Of a stretch of 64,000 nucleotides of DNA, positions 18,915 to 28,640 are shown piece by piece. The position numbers and the translations under genes were made by a program. The notes under the pieces were generated by a model. It was not told where the DNA came from. It saw only the letters and a program-made list of their open reading frames with translations, and ran no database searches. This stretch comes from Candidatus Omnitrophota bacterium. Its GTDB lineage: Bacteria > Omnitrophota > Gorgyraeia > Pluralincolimonadales > Pluralincolimonadaceae. The DNA lies in assembly GCA_028716565.1 (NCBI GenBank), contig JAQUPL010000001.1, positions 345,476-409,475 on the forward strand, written 5' to 3'. How positions within the stretch are numbered: the first letter of the stretch is position 1; the number at the start of each line of letters is the position of its first letter.

Positions 18915-20095
18915 TTTTTATGCGATCCTTTATAAGGCAATCCCCATATCTGGACGAAACCTTTCGCCAGCGACTGGTCGAACTTATCGCCCTGCTCGTA
19001 TGTCGCCAGCTCTTTCTTGTAAAGCGAGTCCGGAGATTTCCTGCCGACGACTATACAATGGCCTTTATGCAGTTTCACCTTCACCGTGCCGTTGACAGAC
19101 TTCTGCGTCTCGTCGACGAATTTATCGAGCGCCTCCTTGAGCGGCGTATACCAGAGCCCGAAATAAGTAAGCTCCGCGTATTTGAGCGCGACAGTTTCCT
19201 TGAAATGCAGCGTCTCCCTGTCAAGGACAAGGGCTTCGAGCGCCTTATGCGCGTTAAAAAGCGTCCATGCCGCAGGCGCCTCGTATATCTCCCTCGACTT
19301 TATGCCGACGAGCCTGTTCTCGATCATATCGCTCCTGCCTACGCCGGCGTCGCCGGCCATCTTCGACAGTTTCAATATCAGGCCTACGCCGTCCATGCCA
19401 TTTCCGTTGAGCTTGACAGGCAAACCGCCCTTGAATTCTATCTCCGCATAGACGGGCTCCGCCGCCGCCTTATCTACTCCCTTTGTAAGTTGATATATAT
19501 CTTCGTCAGGCGCGTAATAAGGATCTTCCAGCTTCCCACTTTCAATCGATATTCCCCATAGATTAAGATCAATCGAGTACGGCTTTTTCTTGGTCGTATC
19601 AATGGGAATATTATTCTTCTTTGCATATTCTATCTCTTCGGCCCTTGTCTTTAACTCCCACTCCCTGACAGGCGCCAGTATTTTCAAATTAGGATCAAGC
19701 GATCCTATCGTGACCTCAAACCTTACCTGGTCATTGCCTTTACCCGTACAGCCGTGCGCGACATATGCGGCCTTCTCTTTATGGGCCGTCTCTACGAGTC
19801 CCTTGGCGATTATCGGCCTCGACAGCGCCGTCGCAAGCAGGTATCCGCCTTCGTATACCGCCCCGGCTTTAAGCGACTTGAATACGAAGTCCTTCACGAA
19901 CTCCTTCTTCAGGTCCTCGACAACGACCTTTACGGCGCCGGTAGCCAATGCCCTCTTCTTATAGACCTCAAAGTCAGACTCCTGGCCTACGTCAGCCATA
20001 TAAGCGATGACGTCGTAACCCTTCTTCGACAGCCACTTTATTATGACCGAAGTATCGAGTCCGCCTGAATACGCAAGCACTACTTTCTTGTTCAT
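18911..20095 (-). CDS. argG: argininosuccinate synthase
   Basis: AYSGGLDTS PP-loop, 394 aa. Confidence 0.95.
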   Translation of the reverse strand: MNKKVVLAYSGGLDTSVIIKWLSKKGYDVIAYMADVGQESDFEVYKKRALATGAVKVVVEDLKKEFVKDFVFKSLKAGAVYEGGYLLATALSRPIIAKGLVETAHKEKAAYVAHGCTGKGNDQVRFEVTIGSLDPNLKILAPVREWELKTRAEEIEYAKKNNIPIDTTKKKPYSIDLNLWGISIESGKLEDPYYAPDEDIYQLTKGVDKAAAEPVYAEIEFKGGLPVKLNGNGMDGVGLILKLSKMAGDAGVGRSDMIENRLVGIKSREIYEAPAAWTLFNAHKALEALVLDRETLHFKETVALKYAELTYFGLWYTPLKEALDKFVDETQKSVNGTVKVKLHKGHCIVVGRKSPDSLYKKELATYEQGDKFDQSLAKGFVQIWGLPYKGSHKK

Positions 20096-20102
20096 ATCAT
20101 CC

Positions 20103-21023
20103 TCACTTTAAAAGTAAAAGTAATATCGCCTTTTCGACATGCAGTCTATTCTCCGCCTGATCAAATACAACCGAATGCGGGCTCTCCAGAGACTCGTCAG
20201 AGATCTCCTCGCCCCTGTGCGCGGGCAGACAGTGCATGATAATATAATCTTTCTTAGCCTTCGAACAAAGTTTCTCATTTATCTGAAAACCCTTAAATGC
20301 CTTTAACCTCTCCGCCTTTTCCTTCTCCTGTCCCATACTAGTCCAGACATCCGTATATATCACGTCTGCTCCGGCAACCGCCATCTCCGGGTCGGTGCAG
20401 ATAACGACCTTCGAGCCAGTGACTCCGGCGAAATCCTCGGCTATCTTCACAACCTCTTTGTCCGCCTCGTAACCCTTTGGTGTAGCCACGGCGATATCCG
20501 CACCTACCCGGGCCGCGGCCATAAGAAGCGAGTTGCAGACGTTATTGCCGTCGCCTACGAACGCTATCTTTACTCCCTTCACCCTGCTTTTCTTCTCCTT
20601 GACCGTAAAAATGTCAGCGAGAGCCTGGCACGGGTGCGAGAAATCCGAAAGTCCGTTTATGACCGGGACCGTCGAATATTCCGCCAGTTCGATTATGTCG
20701 CCGTGCTTAAATGTCCTGGCCACTATGCCGTCAAGGTATCTCGAGAGCGTCCGCGCGACATCCTTTATGGCTTCCCTTTCGCCGAGCTTTACTTCATCGG
20801 GCGCGAGAAATATTGCGGTTCCGCCTAACTGGGCCATCGCGGCCGCAAAAGATACCTTCGTCCTTAAAGAGGGCTTCTGGAATACCAACCCCAGGGTCTT
20901 CCCCTTCAGCGGCTCGTCTTTGGATATCTTTCCCTCGCCCTTCAATTTAGCGGCCAGGGCGAATATCTCCTCGATATCCGAGATCGAAAGGTCCTTTATC
21001 GTTATCAGGTCTTTAGCCTTCAA
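20103..21023 (-). CDS. argF: ornithine carbamoyltransferase
   Basis: SLRTKVSF (STRTR-type carbamoyl-phosphate site), HCLPAHRGEE (HCLP ornithine site). Confidence 0.85.
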   Translation of the reverse strand: MKAKDLITIKDLSISDIEEIFALAAKLKGEGKISKDEPLKGKTLGLVFQKPSLRTKVSFAAAMAQLGGTAIFLAPDEVKLGEREAIKDVARTLSRYLDGIVARTFKHGDIIELAEYSTVPVINGLSDFSHPCQALADIFTVKEKKSRVKGVKIAFVGDGNNVCNSLLMAAARVGADIAVATPKGYEADKEVVKIAEDFAGVTGSKVVICTDPEMAVAGADVIYTDVWTSMGQEKEKAERLKAFKGFQINEKLCSKAKKDYIIMHCLPAHRGEEISDESLESPHSVVFDQAENRLHVEKAILLLLLK

Positions 21024-22209
21024 CTGTTACTCCCTTCATGACTTCCTGCAGTATCGCGACAGCCCCGTCTATATCCGCGTTCTTGACCACCAGCGGCGGC
21101 ATTATCCTCAATACCTTCTTCTGCGTGCAATTTATGAGAAGGCCCTTCTCGACGCATTTGTCTATTATCTGCTTCCCTTCTATCTCAAGCTCGACCGCCT
21201 GCATCAGGCCTTTGCCCCTTACTACCTTTACGAACGGGAAATCCTTCTTTAAAAGCGAAAGCCTGTTATGGAGATACCTGCCCCTCCTTACGGCCTTCTC
21301 AACAAGGTTGCCTTCCTCTATCGCCTCGAATACCGCGAGCGCGGCTGCGCACGCGAGCGGGCTGCCTCCGAATGTCGAGGCATGCGTCCCGGGCTGCAGC
21401 ACATCGGAGATCTCTCTCTTGGCGACCATCGCGCCTATCGGGAACCCGCCGCCGAGCGACTTGGCCAGCGTCATGATATCGGGCGTCACATTGTAATGCT
21501 GGTAGCAGAACATCTTCCCTGTCCTGGCTATCCCGGTCTGGACCTCGTCGAATACGAGGAGTATCTTCTTCTCTTCGCAGACTTTCTTCAATCCCGCGAT
21601 GAACTCTTCGGACGCGACGTTTATCCCGCCCTCGCCCTGTATCGGCTCGAGCATTATCGCCGCGGTCTTGTCGGTTATCTTCGACTTGACCGATTCCAGG
21701 TCGTTGAACTTCGCGTATACGAAACCGCCGGGCAGCGGCGCGAACCCCTCCTGGTATTTCGGCTGCGCCGTCGCCGTTATCGCCGCCAGCGTCCTGCCGT
21801 GGAAGGATTCCTCCATAGTTATTATCTCATATTTTCCCGACGGATACCCTACTTTTCTCGCCAGTTTGATGGCGCCTTCTACCGCCTCGGCGCCGCTGTT
21901 ACAGAAGAATACCTTACCGTCGAATGAATTTTCAATTATCTTCTTCGCCAGTTTCCCCTGCAGTTCGTTGTAATAGTTGTTCGGCACGTGGATTATCTTC
22001 CCAACCTGCTCCTTTATCGCCTTGACCACCTTCGGGTGGCAATGGCCGAGCCCTGACACGGCCCATCCCGGGAAAAAATCCAGGAACTCTTTGCCCTCTA
22101 TGTCATATGCCTTTATGCCTTTGCCTTTTACCATCACAAGCGGTGACTTGGCGTAAGTCGGCATCACGTATTCGTAATACAGTTGCACAACTTCTTCTGT
22201 CTTCGTCAT
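21013..22209 (-). CDS. argD: acetylornithine aminotransferase
   Basis: Class-III aminotransferase (FDEVQTG, LAKSLGGG). Sits in the arg operon. Confidence 0.85.
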   Translation of the reverse strand: MTKTEEVVQLYYEYVMPTYAKSPLVMVKGKGIKAYDIEGKEFLDFFPGWAVSGLGHCHPKVVKAIKEQVGKIIHVPNNYYNELQGKLAKKIIENSFDGKVFFCNSGAEAVEGAIKLARKVGYPSGKYEIITMEESFHGRTLAAITATAQPKYQEGFAPLPGGFVYAKFNDLESVKSKITDKTAAIMLEPIQGEGGINVASEEFIAGLKKVCEEKKILLVFDEVQTGIARTGKMFCYQHYNVTPDIMTLAKSLGGGFPIGAMVAKREISDVLQPGTHASTFGGSPLACAAALAVFEAIEEGNLVEKAVRRGRYLHNRLSLLKKDFPFVKVVRGKGLMQAVELEIEGKQIIDKCVEKGLLINCTQKKVLRIMPPLVVKNADIDGAVAILQEVMKGVTVEG

Positions 22210-23063
22210 TTTATTATCTCCGTTCCTATTCCTTTGTCGGTAAATACCTCAAGTAATATCGCGTGGCTCAGTCTACCGTCGATAATATGCGTCTTGTTCA
22301 CGCCTTTCTTCAGCGCGTCGACCACTGCCTTTACCTTGGGGATCATCCCGCCCCGTATCACTCCCCTTTCGATCAATTCTTCGGCTTCCTTCCTTTTTAA
22401 TGTCGGGATAAGGGTATTCTCGTCCGACTCATCCCTCAATATCCCGTTGGTATCGGTTATCAAAACAAATTTTTCCGCCTTAAGCGCCGCGGCTATGTCG
22501 CAGGCCGCGAGGTCGGCGTTGATGTTATAGGCCTTCCCGTCTTTGCCGGCAGCTACCGGGGTTATGACCGGTATAGCCCCGGCCTTGAGCGCGTCCTTTA
22601 TAGGCTTTGTGTTTACCGATACGATCTTGCCCAGGAAGCCCATATACTTGCCCTTATGCTTTAATGTCACGGCCTTTATTATCTTGTCCTTTTTGCCGGA
22701 GAGCGCCTTGACCTTTCCGCCAAGCTCCTCTATATGTTTCGCTATCTCCTTGTTCGTCGCCTCGAGCGTATCGTCGACTATCTTCATCGTCTTCGAGTCG
22801 GTGACCCTGAACCCGTCTACGAATTTCGCGACTATTCCGGCTTCCTTCATCTTTTCGGTGATCCTCGGCCCGCCGCCGTGTATGATGACCGGCTTTATCC
22901 CGACCAGGCTCATGAAGATTATGTCCTGGAAGATGCCGGAGATGACTTCCCTGTTTTCCATCATGCTGCCGCCGGCCTTTATGACGACCGTCTTGCCCCT
23001 GAACTTCCTTATGTAAGGCAGCGCCTCTATGAGGACGTCGGCCTTTTTAATTATATCTTGCAT
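22206..23063 (-). CDS. argB: acetylglutamate kinase
   Basis: VIKAGGS, IIHGGGP amino-acid kinase motifs. Confidence 0.9.
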   Translation of the reverse strand: MQDIIKKADVLIEALPYIRKFRGKTVVIKAGGSMMENREVISGIFQDIIFMSLVGIKPVIIHGGGPRITEKMKEAGIVAKFVDGFRVTDSKTMKIVDDTLEATNKEIAKHIEELGGKVKALSGKKDKIIKAVTLKHKGKYMGFLGKIVSVNTKPIKDALKAGAIPVITPVAAGKDGKAYNINADLAACDIAAALKAEKFVLITDTNGILRDESDENTLIPTLKRKEAEELIERGVIRGGMIPKVKAVVDALKKGVNKTHIIDGRLSHAILLEVFTDKGIGTEIIK

Positions 23064-24243
23064 TTATTTTAATATACCCTTCCGTAAGGTCGCATGTCCA
23101 CGCCGTCGCCGAATGCTTTCCCGAGTTAAGGTCGACCGTTATCGCCGCTTCTTTCTTCTTAAGCGACTTCTGCGCCTTCGGCCTTAATCCGAAATTGGCG
23201 TTCCCGCCGCTGACTATCTTTATGCCGTTCAGGTAAATATCCAGCTTCGACTCGTTAAGTTTCACTCCCGAGGCCCCGGCCGATGAAGCGATCCTCCCGG
23301 TATTCGGGTCCTCGCCTGCGATAGCCGTCTTGACCAGGTTCGAATTGGCTATCTCTTTCGCCATCTTCTTCGCGTCGGCCTTGCTCTTCGCTCCCTTGAC
23401 CTGCACCTCTATGAATTTGCTCGCGCCTTCCCCGTCCTTGGCTATCTCCTTGGCCAGATAGACCATGACGTATTTCAGCGCTTCACAGAATATTTTATGG
23501 CCCTTGCTACCGTTCTTTATCTTCGCGTTCGCGGCGAGTCCGTTAGCCATTATAAAAACGGCGTCGTTCGTGCTCATATCGCCGTCGACCGTCACCATAT
23601 TCAATGAATCCTCTACCGCGTCTTTCAAGGAACTCTTTAATGCTTTAACATCTATATCCGCGTCTGTCGTGATGAAGCAGAGCAAAGTCGCCATGTTCGG
23701 GCATATCATTCCCGAACCTTTGGCTATCCCGCCTATCTTCACGGTCTTGCCGCCTATCTTCACGGCGACCGCTATCCTCTTCGGGATGAGGTCGGTCGTC
23801 ATTATCGCCTTGGCTGCGGAAAGCTCGCCCTCCTTGCACAGGCCTTTCACCAGGGCCGGCACAGACGCCTCGATCTTTTCTACCGCGAGCGGTTTTCCGA
23901 TTATCCCGGTCGACGCGACGAGCACATCCTGCGCGCCTATCCAGGTATTCGCCGAAACCGCCTCAGCCATCCGGACCGCCCACTTCATCCCGTTCTTCCC
24001 GTTAAGGCAGTTGGCGTTCCCGCTGTTAGCTATTATAGCCTGCGCCCGGCCGTCCTTTAAATTCCCGGCGGAAAGTATTACCGGCGCGGCCTTTACCGTA
24101 TTCTTCGTGAATACGCCTGCCGCGCGGGCCGGGACATTTGAATAAATTAAGGCCAGGTCGAGCTTCTTCTTTTTTATCCCGCTTTTCACGCCCGAGGCGA
24201 GAAACCCCTCGGGAGCGGTGACAGACCCTTTTACGATCTTCAT
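23047..24243 (-). CDS. argJ: bifunctional glutamate N-acetyltransferase / amino-acid acetyltransferase
   Basis: ArgJ autoproteolysis site (NMATLLCFITTDA, Thr of ATML-type motif). 398 aa. Confidence 0.9.
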   Translation of the reverse strand: MKIVKGSVTAPEGFLASGVKSGIKKKKLDLALIYSNVPARAAGVFTKNTVKAAPVILSAGNLKDGRAQAIIANSGNANCLNGKNGMKWAVRMAEAVSANTWIGAQDVLVASTGIIGKPLAVEKIEASVPALVKGLCKEGELSAAKAIMTTDLIPKRIAVAVKIGGKTVKIGGIAKGSGMICPNMATLLCFITTDADIDVKALKSSLKDAVEDSLNMVTVDGDMSTNDAVFIMANGLAANAKIKNGSKGHKIFCEALKYVMVYLAKEIAKDGEGASKFIEVQVKGAKSKADAKKMAKEIANSNLVKTAIAGEDPNTGRIASSAGASGVKLNESKLDIYLNGIKIVSGGNANFGLRPKAQKSLKKKEAAITVDLNSGKHSATAWTCDLTEGYIKINARYN

Positions 24244-25271
24244 CAGATCAATCCTGCCGTTTCATCAAATCCCATCATCAAATTCATGTTCTGGACCGCC
24301 TGCGACGCGGCGCCTTTCCAGAGGTTATCTATAGCCGTGACAACGATCGCCCTCTTCCCCGTCACCTTTATGCCGATATCGCAAAAGTTCGTGCTGTATA
24401 CATTCTTCGTCTCGGGGAATACGCCCTCATCCAGTATCCTCACAAACGGCGCGTCCTTATAGAACCGCTTATAAAGCGCCAGCAGGTCGGCAGTACCCGT
24501 CTCTTCCTTCAGCGTGAAATATATCGTCGAGAGTATCCCCTTGTTCATCGGCACGAGATGCGGCGTGAAAGTGACCCCTATCTTTGAGCCGGCCGTGCCC
24601 GAAAGCTCCTGGTCTATCTCCGGCATATGCTGGTGCTGGTTTATCTTGTATGCCTTGAAGTTCTCGTTTAATTCCGCGAAATTAAGCGCCAGGGAGGCCG
24701 TCCTTCCCGCTCCTGTAACGCCGGATTTCGCGTCGATGATGATCTGGTCCGTATCAACGAAGCCCTTGCTGACCAGCGGCGCGCATCCGAGTATCGAGCC
24801 GGTCGGGTAACATCCCGGGTTCGCTATGAATTTCGATCTCGCAATCTCTTTCTTGTACAGTTCCGGCAAACCGTATACCGCATCCTTAAGCAGCGCCGCG
24901 CTCGTGTGTTTCGCTCCGTACCATTTCTCATATACGCCTGCGTCTTTTAGCCTGTAGTCCGCGCTCAGGTCGACGACCTTCTTTCCTGCCTTCAAAAAAT
25001 CAGGGACGAAGAGCATCGAAACCTTATGCGGAAGAGCCAAAAATATCAGGTCTGCCGCCTTCAATATGGCCGGAACGTCGACATTGCCGCATACAAGGTC
25101 AAGCCGGCCTTTGAATAGCGGGAATATCTCCGATATCTTCTCGGCCTTCTCAACCTTGCCGCTTACCGAAGTTATCGCTACCTCCGGATGGACCAGCAGT
25201 ATCTTTATCAGCTCGCAGCCGGCATAACCGGTCGCGCCGACCACCGCTACATTAAGTTTTTCTTTTGACAT
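24243..25271 (-). CDS. argC: N-acetyl-gamma-glutamyl-phosphate reductase
   Basis: Start at internal Met (MSKEKLNVAVVGATGYAGCELIKIL). Catalytic Cys region (PGCYPT). First gene of the arg-lys-pan-nad operon. Confidence 0.9.
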   Translation of the reverse strand: MSKEKLNVAVVGATGYAGCELIKILLVHPEVAITSVSGKVEKAEKISEIFPLFKGRLDLVCGNVDVPAILKAADLIFLALPHKVSMLFVPDFLKAGKKVVDLSADYRLKDAGVYEKWYGAKHTSAALLKDAVYGLPELYKKEIARSKFIANPGCYPTGSILGCAPLVSKGFVDTDQIIIDAKSGVTGAGRTASLALNFAELNENFKAYKINQHQHMPEIDQELSGTAGSKIGVTFTPHLVPMNKGILSTIYFTLKEETGTADLLALYKRFYKDAPFVRILDEGVFPETKNVYSTNFCDIGIKVTGKRAIVVTAIDNLWKGAASQAVQNMNLMMGFDETAGLI

Positions 25272-25290
25272 TTTTATGCCCTTTCGTAAA

Positions 25291-25320
25291 TTGATGCTTT
25301 CGCACATACTCAAGCATCAA
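25291..25320 (-). promoter_or_regulatory. 9-bp inverted repeat TTGATGCTT-n12-AAGCATCAA 20-50 nt upstream of the argC start. Possible operator or attenuator.
   Basis: Perfect palindrome read directly. Its position immediately upstream of the first arg gene suggests repressor binding. It does not match the classical ARG-box consensus. Confidence 0.3.
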
Positions 25321-25377
25321 CCCTGCGCAAATCACTATATTTAAACTATGTATAAGTGCACGGATTGATTATAAAAT

Positions 25378-25427
25378 AAAAACGCCTATTCCGTCAAGCA
25401 GTTTCCCGTCGGAATAGGCGTAATTTT
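25378..25427 (-). terminator. intrinsic terminator after rpsI (bidirectional-looking hairpin)
   Basis: 11-bp perfect stem CGCCTATTCCG / CGGAATAGGCG. On the minus strand it is followed by UUUUU. Lies 20 nt after the rpsI stop. Confidence 0.6.
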
Positions 25428-25446
25428 GCCTTATGTAAATAAGGTG

Positions 25447-25842
25447 CTAACGTTTAGTCCACTGGAAATGGCTGCGGGCTCCTTTTTGTCCGTACTTTTT
25501 ACGTTCCTTCATGCGCGGATCGCGGGTCAAAAGGCCTTTGCCGCGGAGAACGGAACGGTAAGTAGAATCCGCCTTGAGCAAGGCGCGGGCTATGCCCAGA
25601 CGCACAGCGCCTGCCTGGCTTGCCACGCCGCCGCCTGCAACATTCACAAAAATGTCGTATTTTGCCGCGGTCTGTGTCACTTCAAGCGGTTCTTTAAGGA
25701 TCCCCCTAAGCGTCTCCCTCGGAAAATAATCATCGAGAGTCCTTTTGTTGACGACGAACTGGCCTGAGCCGGATTTTAATATGACCCTGGCCGTAGACTC
25801 TTTCCTTCTTCCTGTACCTAGAAATAATGCCTGCGCTTGCAT
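25447..25842 (-). CDS. rpsI: 30S ribosomal protein S9
   Basis: 131 aa; [12 protein letters not shown]..., C-terminal ...[17 protein letters not shown]. Typical uS9. Confidence 0.9.
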   Translation of the reverse strand: MQAQALFLGTGRRKESTARVILKSGSGQFVVNKRTLDDYFPRETLRGILKEPLEVTQTAAKYDIFVNVAGGGVASQAGAVRLGIARALLKADSTYRSVLRGKGLLTRDPRMKERKKYGQKGARSHFQWTKR

Positions 25843-25854
25843 TTCGCTCCTGTA

Positions 25855-26274
25855 TTATACCTTTAAAAGTTCGGGTTTCTGGGCCGCCATGTTATGTTCT
25901 TTGCCCGCGAATACTTTCAATTTGCCCAACGCGCTCTTTCCGACCTTGTTCTTCGGCAGCATGCCTTTTACCGCGTGGGTAATGACGTATTCCGGCTTCC
26001 TCACCAGCAGGTCCCCCAACATCTCGGACCTCCTCCCGTTCGGATAACCTGAATACCAGTCATATTCTTTTGCGCTCAATTTATTCCCGGTCACTTTTAT
26101 CTTTGCGGCGTTCACAACGACTACGCCGTCTCCGGTATTTAGGTCCCTGCGGTACGTGGGCTTATTTTTGCCCGAAAGTACGCGCGCGACCGCCACGGCG
26201 ACCCTTCCCAGGATCTTGCCGTCGGCATCGACTAAAAACCATTTTTCGGCTGTTTTGACTTCCTTTTTTACCAT
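25855..26274 (-). CDS. rplM: 50S ribosomal protein L13
   Basis: 139 aa; KWFLVDADGKILGRVA...HAVKGMLPKN...KLKVFAG. Typical uL13. Upstream of rpsI, as in most bacteria. Confidence 0.9.
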   Translation of the reverse strand: MVKKEVKTAEKWFLVDADGKILGRVAVAVARVLSGKNKPTYRRDLNTGDGVVVVNAAKIKVTGNKLSAKEYDWYSGYPNGRRSEMLGDLLVRKPEYVITHAVKGMLPKNKVGKSALGKLKVFAGKEHNMAAQKPELLKV

Positions 26275-26314
26275 CTTAGGCCTTCCTTGGCTTGGTTAAC
26301 ATCAAGAAGTAAAA

Positions 26315-26342
26315 ATTATAACATAATACGAGGGAATGTCAA
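26315..26342 (-). promoter_or_regulatory. sigma70-type promoter of rplM-rpsI: -35 TTGACA, 16-nt spacer, extended -10 TGtTATAAT
   Basis: Minus-sense cccTTGACAttccctcgtattaTGtTATAATttttac, about 45 nt upstream of the rplM ATG, which has an AAGGAAGG RBS. Confidence 0.55.
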
Positions 26343-26349
26343 GGGAAAA

Positions 26350-27906
26350 TTAATCCAATCCGCCCTTCTTTCTGCGCCACGCGATCTTTACCGCTATCGC
26401 GAGACCTGCCAGCACAGCCGCTAGCATAAGCCTAGTCCCAAGGACATAGGGCTTATTCTCAGGGCTTACGTTCTTCATAAGCAGCATATCCATACCGGAT
26501 TGCACGAAATACCAGCCGAGGATGATCAGCAAAAATACCGGGGTCACGTATCTCATTATAAATTTGTATATTCGCGGGATGCGCAGTTCGGCGCCGTGAT
26601 GCATCTCCTCCCACGCCTTATCTATGCCGAATACCCATGTGAACAGGATCGTCTCGATAGTCGCGAACAGGACAAGGCAGAAAGTACCTCCCCAGAAGTC
26701 GAGCTCGTCCAGGACTCCCCTGCTTAAGAAGAATATAGCCGGCTGGCAGAGTACGAAAGCTACCGCTCCTAATATCGTTACGGCCTTCTTCCTTGTCAGG
26801 TTGAATTCATCCTCCATGAACGCAACTGTCGGCTGGGCAAGCGATACCGACGAAGTGATTCCGCCCAGAAATAGCATCAGGAACCAGATGAAACCGAAGA
26901 ATGCGCCGAATGAGACTTTCTGGAATATTAAAGGCATCGTCACGAACCCGAGATTAAAAGAGCCGCTCTTCGCCACATCCTGCGCGCCTATCGGGCCGAA
27001 GAAAACGAACGCCGCGGTGATCACTATGCTTCCCCCGAGGATGACCTCGGCGAACTCGTTCGTGCTCACTGCGGTCAATCCCGACAGAGTAACATCATTG
27101 GTCTTCTTTAAGTAGCTCGCATAGGTAAGGATAACGCCTATGCCGACGCTCAACGTGAAGAATATCTGTCCGGCGGCCTCGAGCCAAACCTTAGGGTCCT
27201 TGAGAGCCGAAAAATTGGGGTTCCATAGGAAACCCATGCCGTTAAACGAACTCCAGGCAGGCGTAGCCGGGTTCGGCGCGCCTAAGCTTATTACCCTCAC
27301 CGCGAGCAGGACGCCGCACATGAGCAGCGCAGGCATCGCCCATTTGCAGACTTTTTCTATCCCTCCCTTTATTCCGTAATAGATTACCGTAATGTTTAAG
27401 AAGAAAGTTATCACAAAAAATATGTAAGATGTCTTAAGGGAATCGAAGAACTGGTTCTTCTCCAGGCCCTGGTAAGCGCCGAGAAAGGATTGCATTTGCG
27501 CCTGCCCCTCGGCGCCCGCGTATTTCCCTGTGAGGGCAAAATAACTGTAGGCGAGGGTCCACGACTCGATGTAGGTGTAATATATCAATATGACTAGCGG
27601 GCCGAATATCCCTATTATGCCGAAATATTTGATGAAACGGTTCTTCTTGAGCAACGAATGGAATATGCCGGGCGCCGTGCCGTGCTCGAACCCTCCGCCG
27701 TAACGGCCGAGCGACCACTCTATCCACATCAGCGGTATGCCTAATAACAGGAGCGCCACGAAATACGGTATCATGAAAGCGCCGCCGCCGTTGCTGGCCG
27801 CTTTTACCGGGAACCTGAGGAAATTCCCCAGGCCGACCGCAGAGCCTGCGACAGCCATAATTATCCCTAATTTCGATCCCCACGCCTGCCTGGCCTTGCC
27901 CGCCAT
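26350..27906 (-). CDS. sodium-dependent transporter, neurotransmitter:sodium symporter (NSS/SNF) family
   Basis: Approximately 12 TM helices. N-terminal GLGNFLRFP and WIEWSLGRYGG motifs are diagnostic of the NSS family. Start at the second Met (27906) gives a TGATG overlap with the truA stop. Confidence 0.8.
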   Translation of the reverse strand: MAGKARQAWGSKLGIIMAVAGSAVGLGNFLRFPVKAASNGGGAFMIPYFVALLLLGIPLMWIEWSLGRYGGGFEHGTAPGIFHSLLKKNRFIKYFGIIGIFGPLVILIYYTYIESWTLAYSYFALTGKYAGAEGQAQMQSFLGAYQGLEKNQFFDSLKTSYIFFVITFFLNITVIYYGIKGGIEKVCKWAMPALLMCGVLLAVRVISLGAPNPATPAWSSFNGMGFLWNPNFSALKDPKVWLEAAGQIFFTLSVGIGVILTYASYLKKTNDVTLSGLTAVSTNEFAEVILGGSIVITAAFVFFGPIGAQDVAKSGSFNLGFVTMPLIFQKVSFGAFFGFIWFLMLFLGGITSSVSLAQPTVAFMEDEFNLTRKKAVTILGAVAFVLCQPAIFFLSRGVLDELDFWGGTFCLVLFATIETILFTWVFGIDKAWEEMHHGAELRIPRIYKFIMRYVTPVFLLIILGWYFVQSGMDMLLMKNVSPENKPYVLGTRLMLAAVLAGLAIAVKIAWRRKKGGLD

Positions 27907-28640
27907 CAGTATTTGACCTCCATAAGGCACAACCCCTTTGCCGGGGCTGTCTCGCCGGCAAGTTTCCTATCCTTTGCTTTAAGGATACGGGCCATGCTCC
28001 CCGGCGGAAGCCTTCCGCGGCCGATATCTATCAACGTCCCGGCGATATTCCTTACCATATTGTACAAAAATCCGTCTGCCTCGACATCAATAACTATCGC
28101 TTCTCCCTTCTTTTTTATATCGAGCTTATTTATCGTGCGGACCGAGGAGCGTTCAACCCTGTCCGCGGCCTGGAACGATTTAAAATCATGTTTTCCCGCG
28201 AGAGTCTTAGCTTCTTTTTTCATCAATGCGACATTAAGCTTATAAGGAAGGTATACGGTAAAATTCCCGGAGATCGCGGACCGGGATGAGCCGTTCATTA
28301 TCGTGTAGCGGTATAGTTTAGACTTCGCGTCGAACCTTGAATTGAATTCAGGCGGGACTTCTTTTGCTTCCTTTATCGCTATATCCTTGGGCAGGACGCT
28401 GTTGAGCGCCCTCTGCAGCTTGCAGGGCGGGATCTTCGACCCGGTCTTAAAATTCGCGAACAGGCTTAACGCGTGGACGCCGGAGTCGGTCCTCCCGCAA
28501 GAGATAAGCCGCGCCTTACGGCCTGTTATCCGTTTAAGCGCGGCTTCTATGGTATCCTGTATACTTTTAGCGTTCTTTTGCGACTGCCAACCGGCGTAAT
28601 CCGTGCCGTCGTATTCTATTTTGAGTAGGATATTACGCAT
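27907..28640 (-). CDS. truA: tRNA pseudouridine(38-40) synthase
   Basis: MRNILLKIEYDGTDYAGWQSQ...CGRTDSGVHA (catalytic Asp). 244 aa. Confidence 0.9.
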
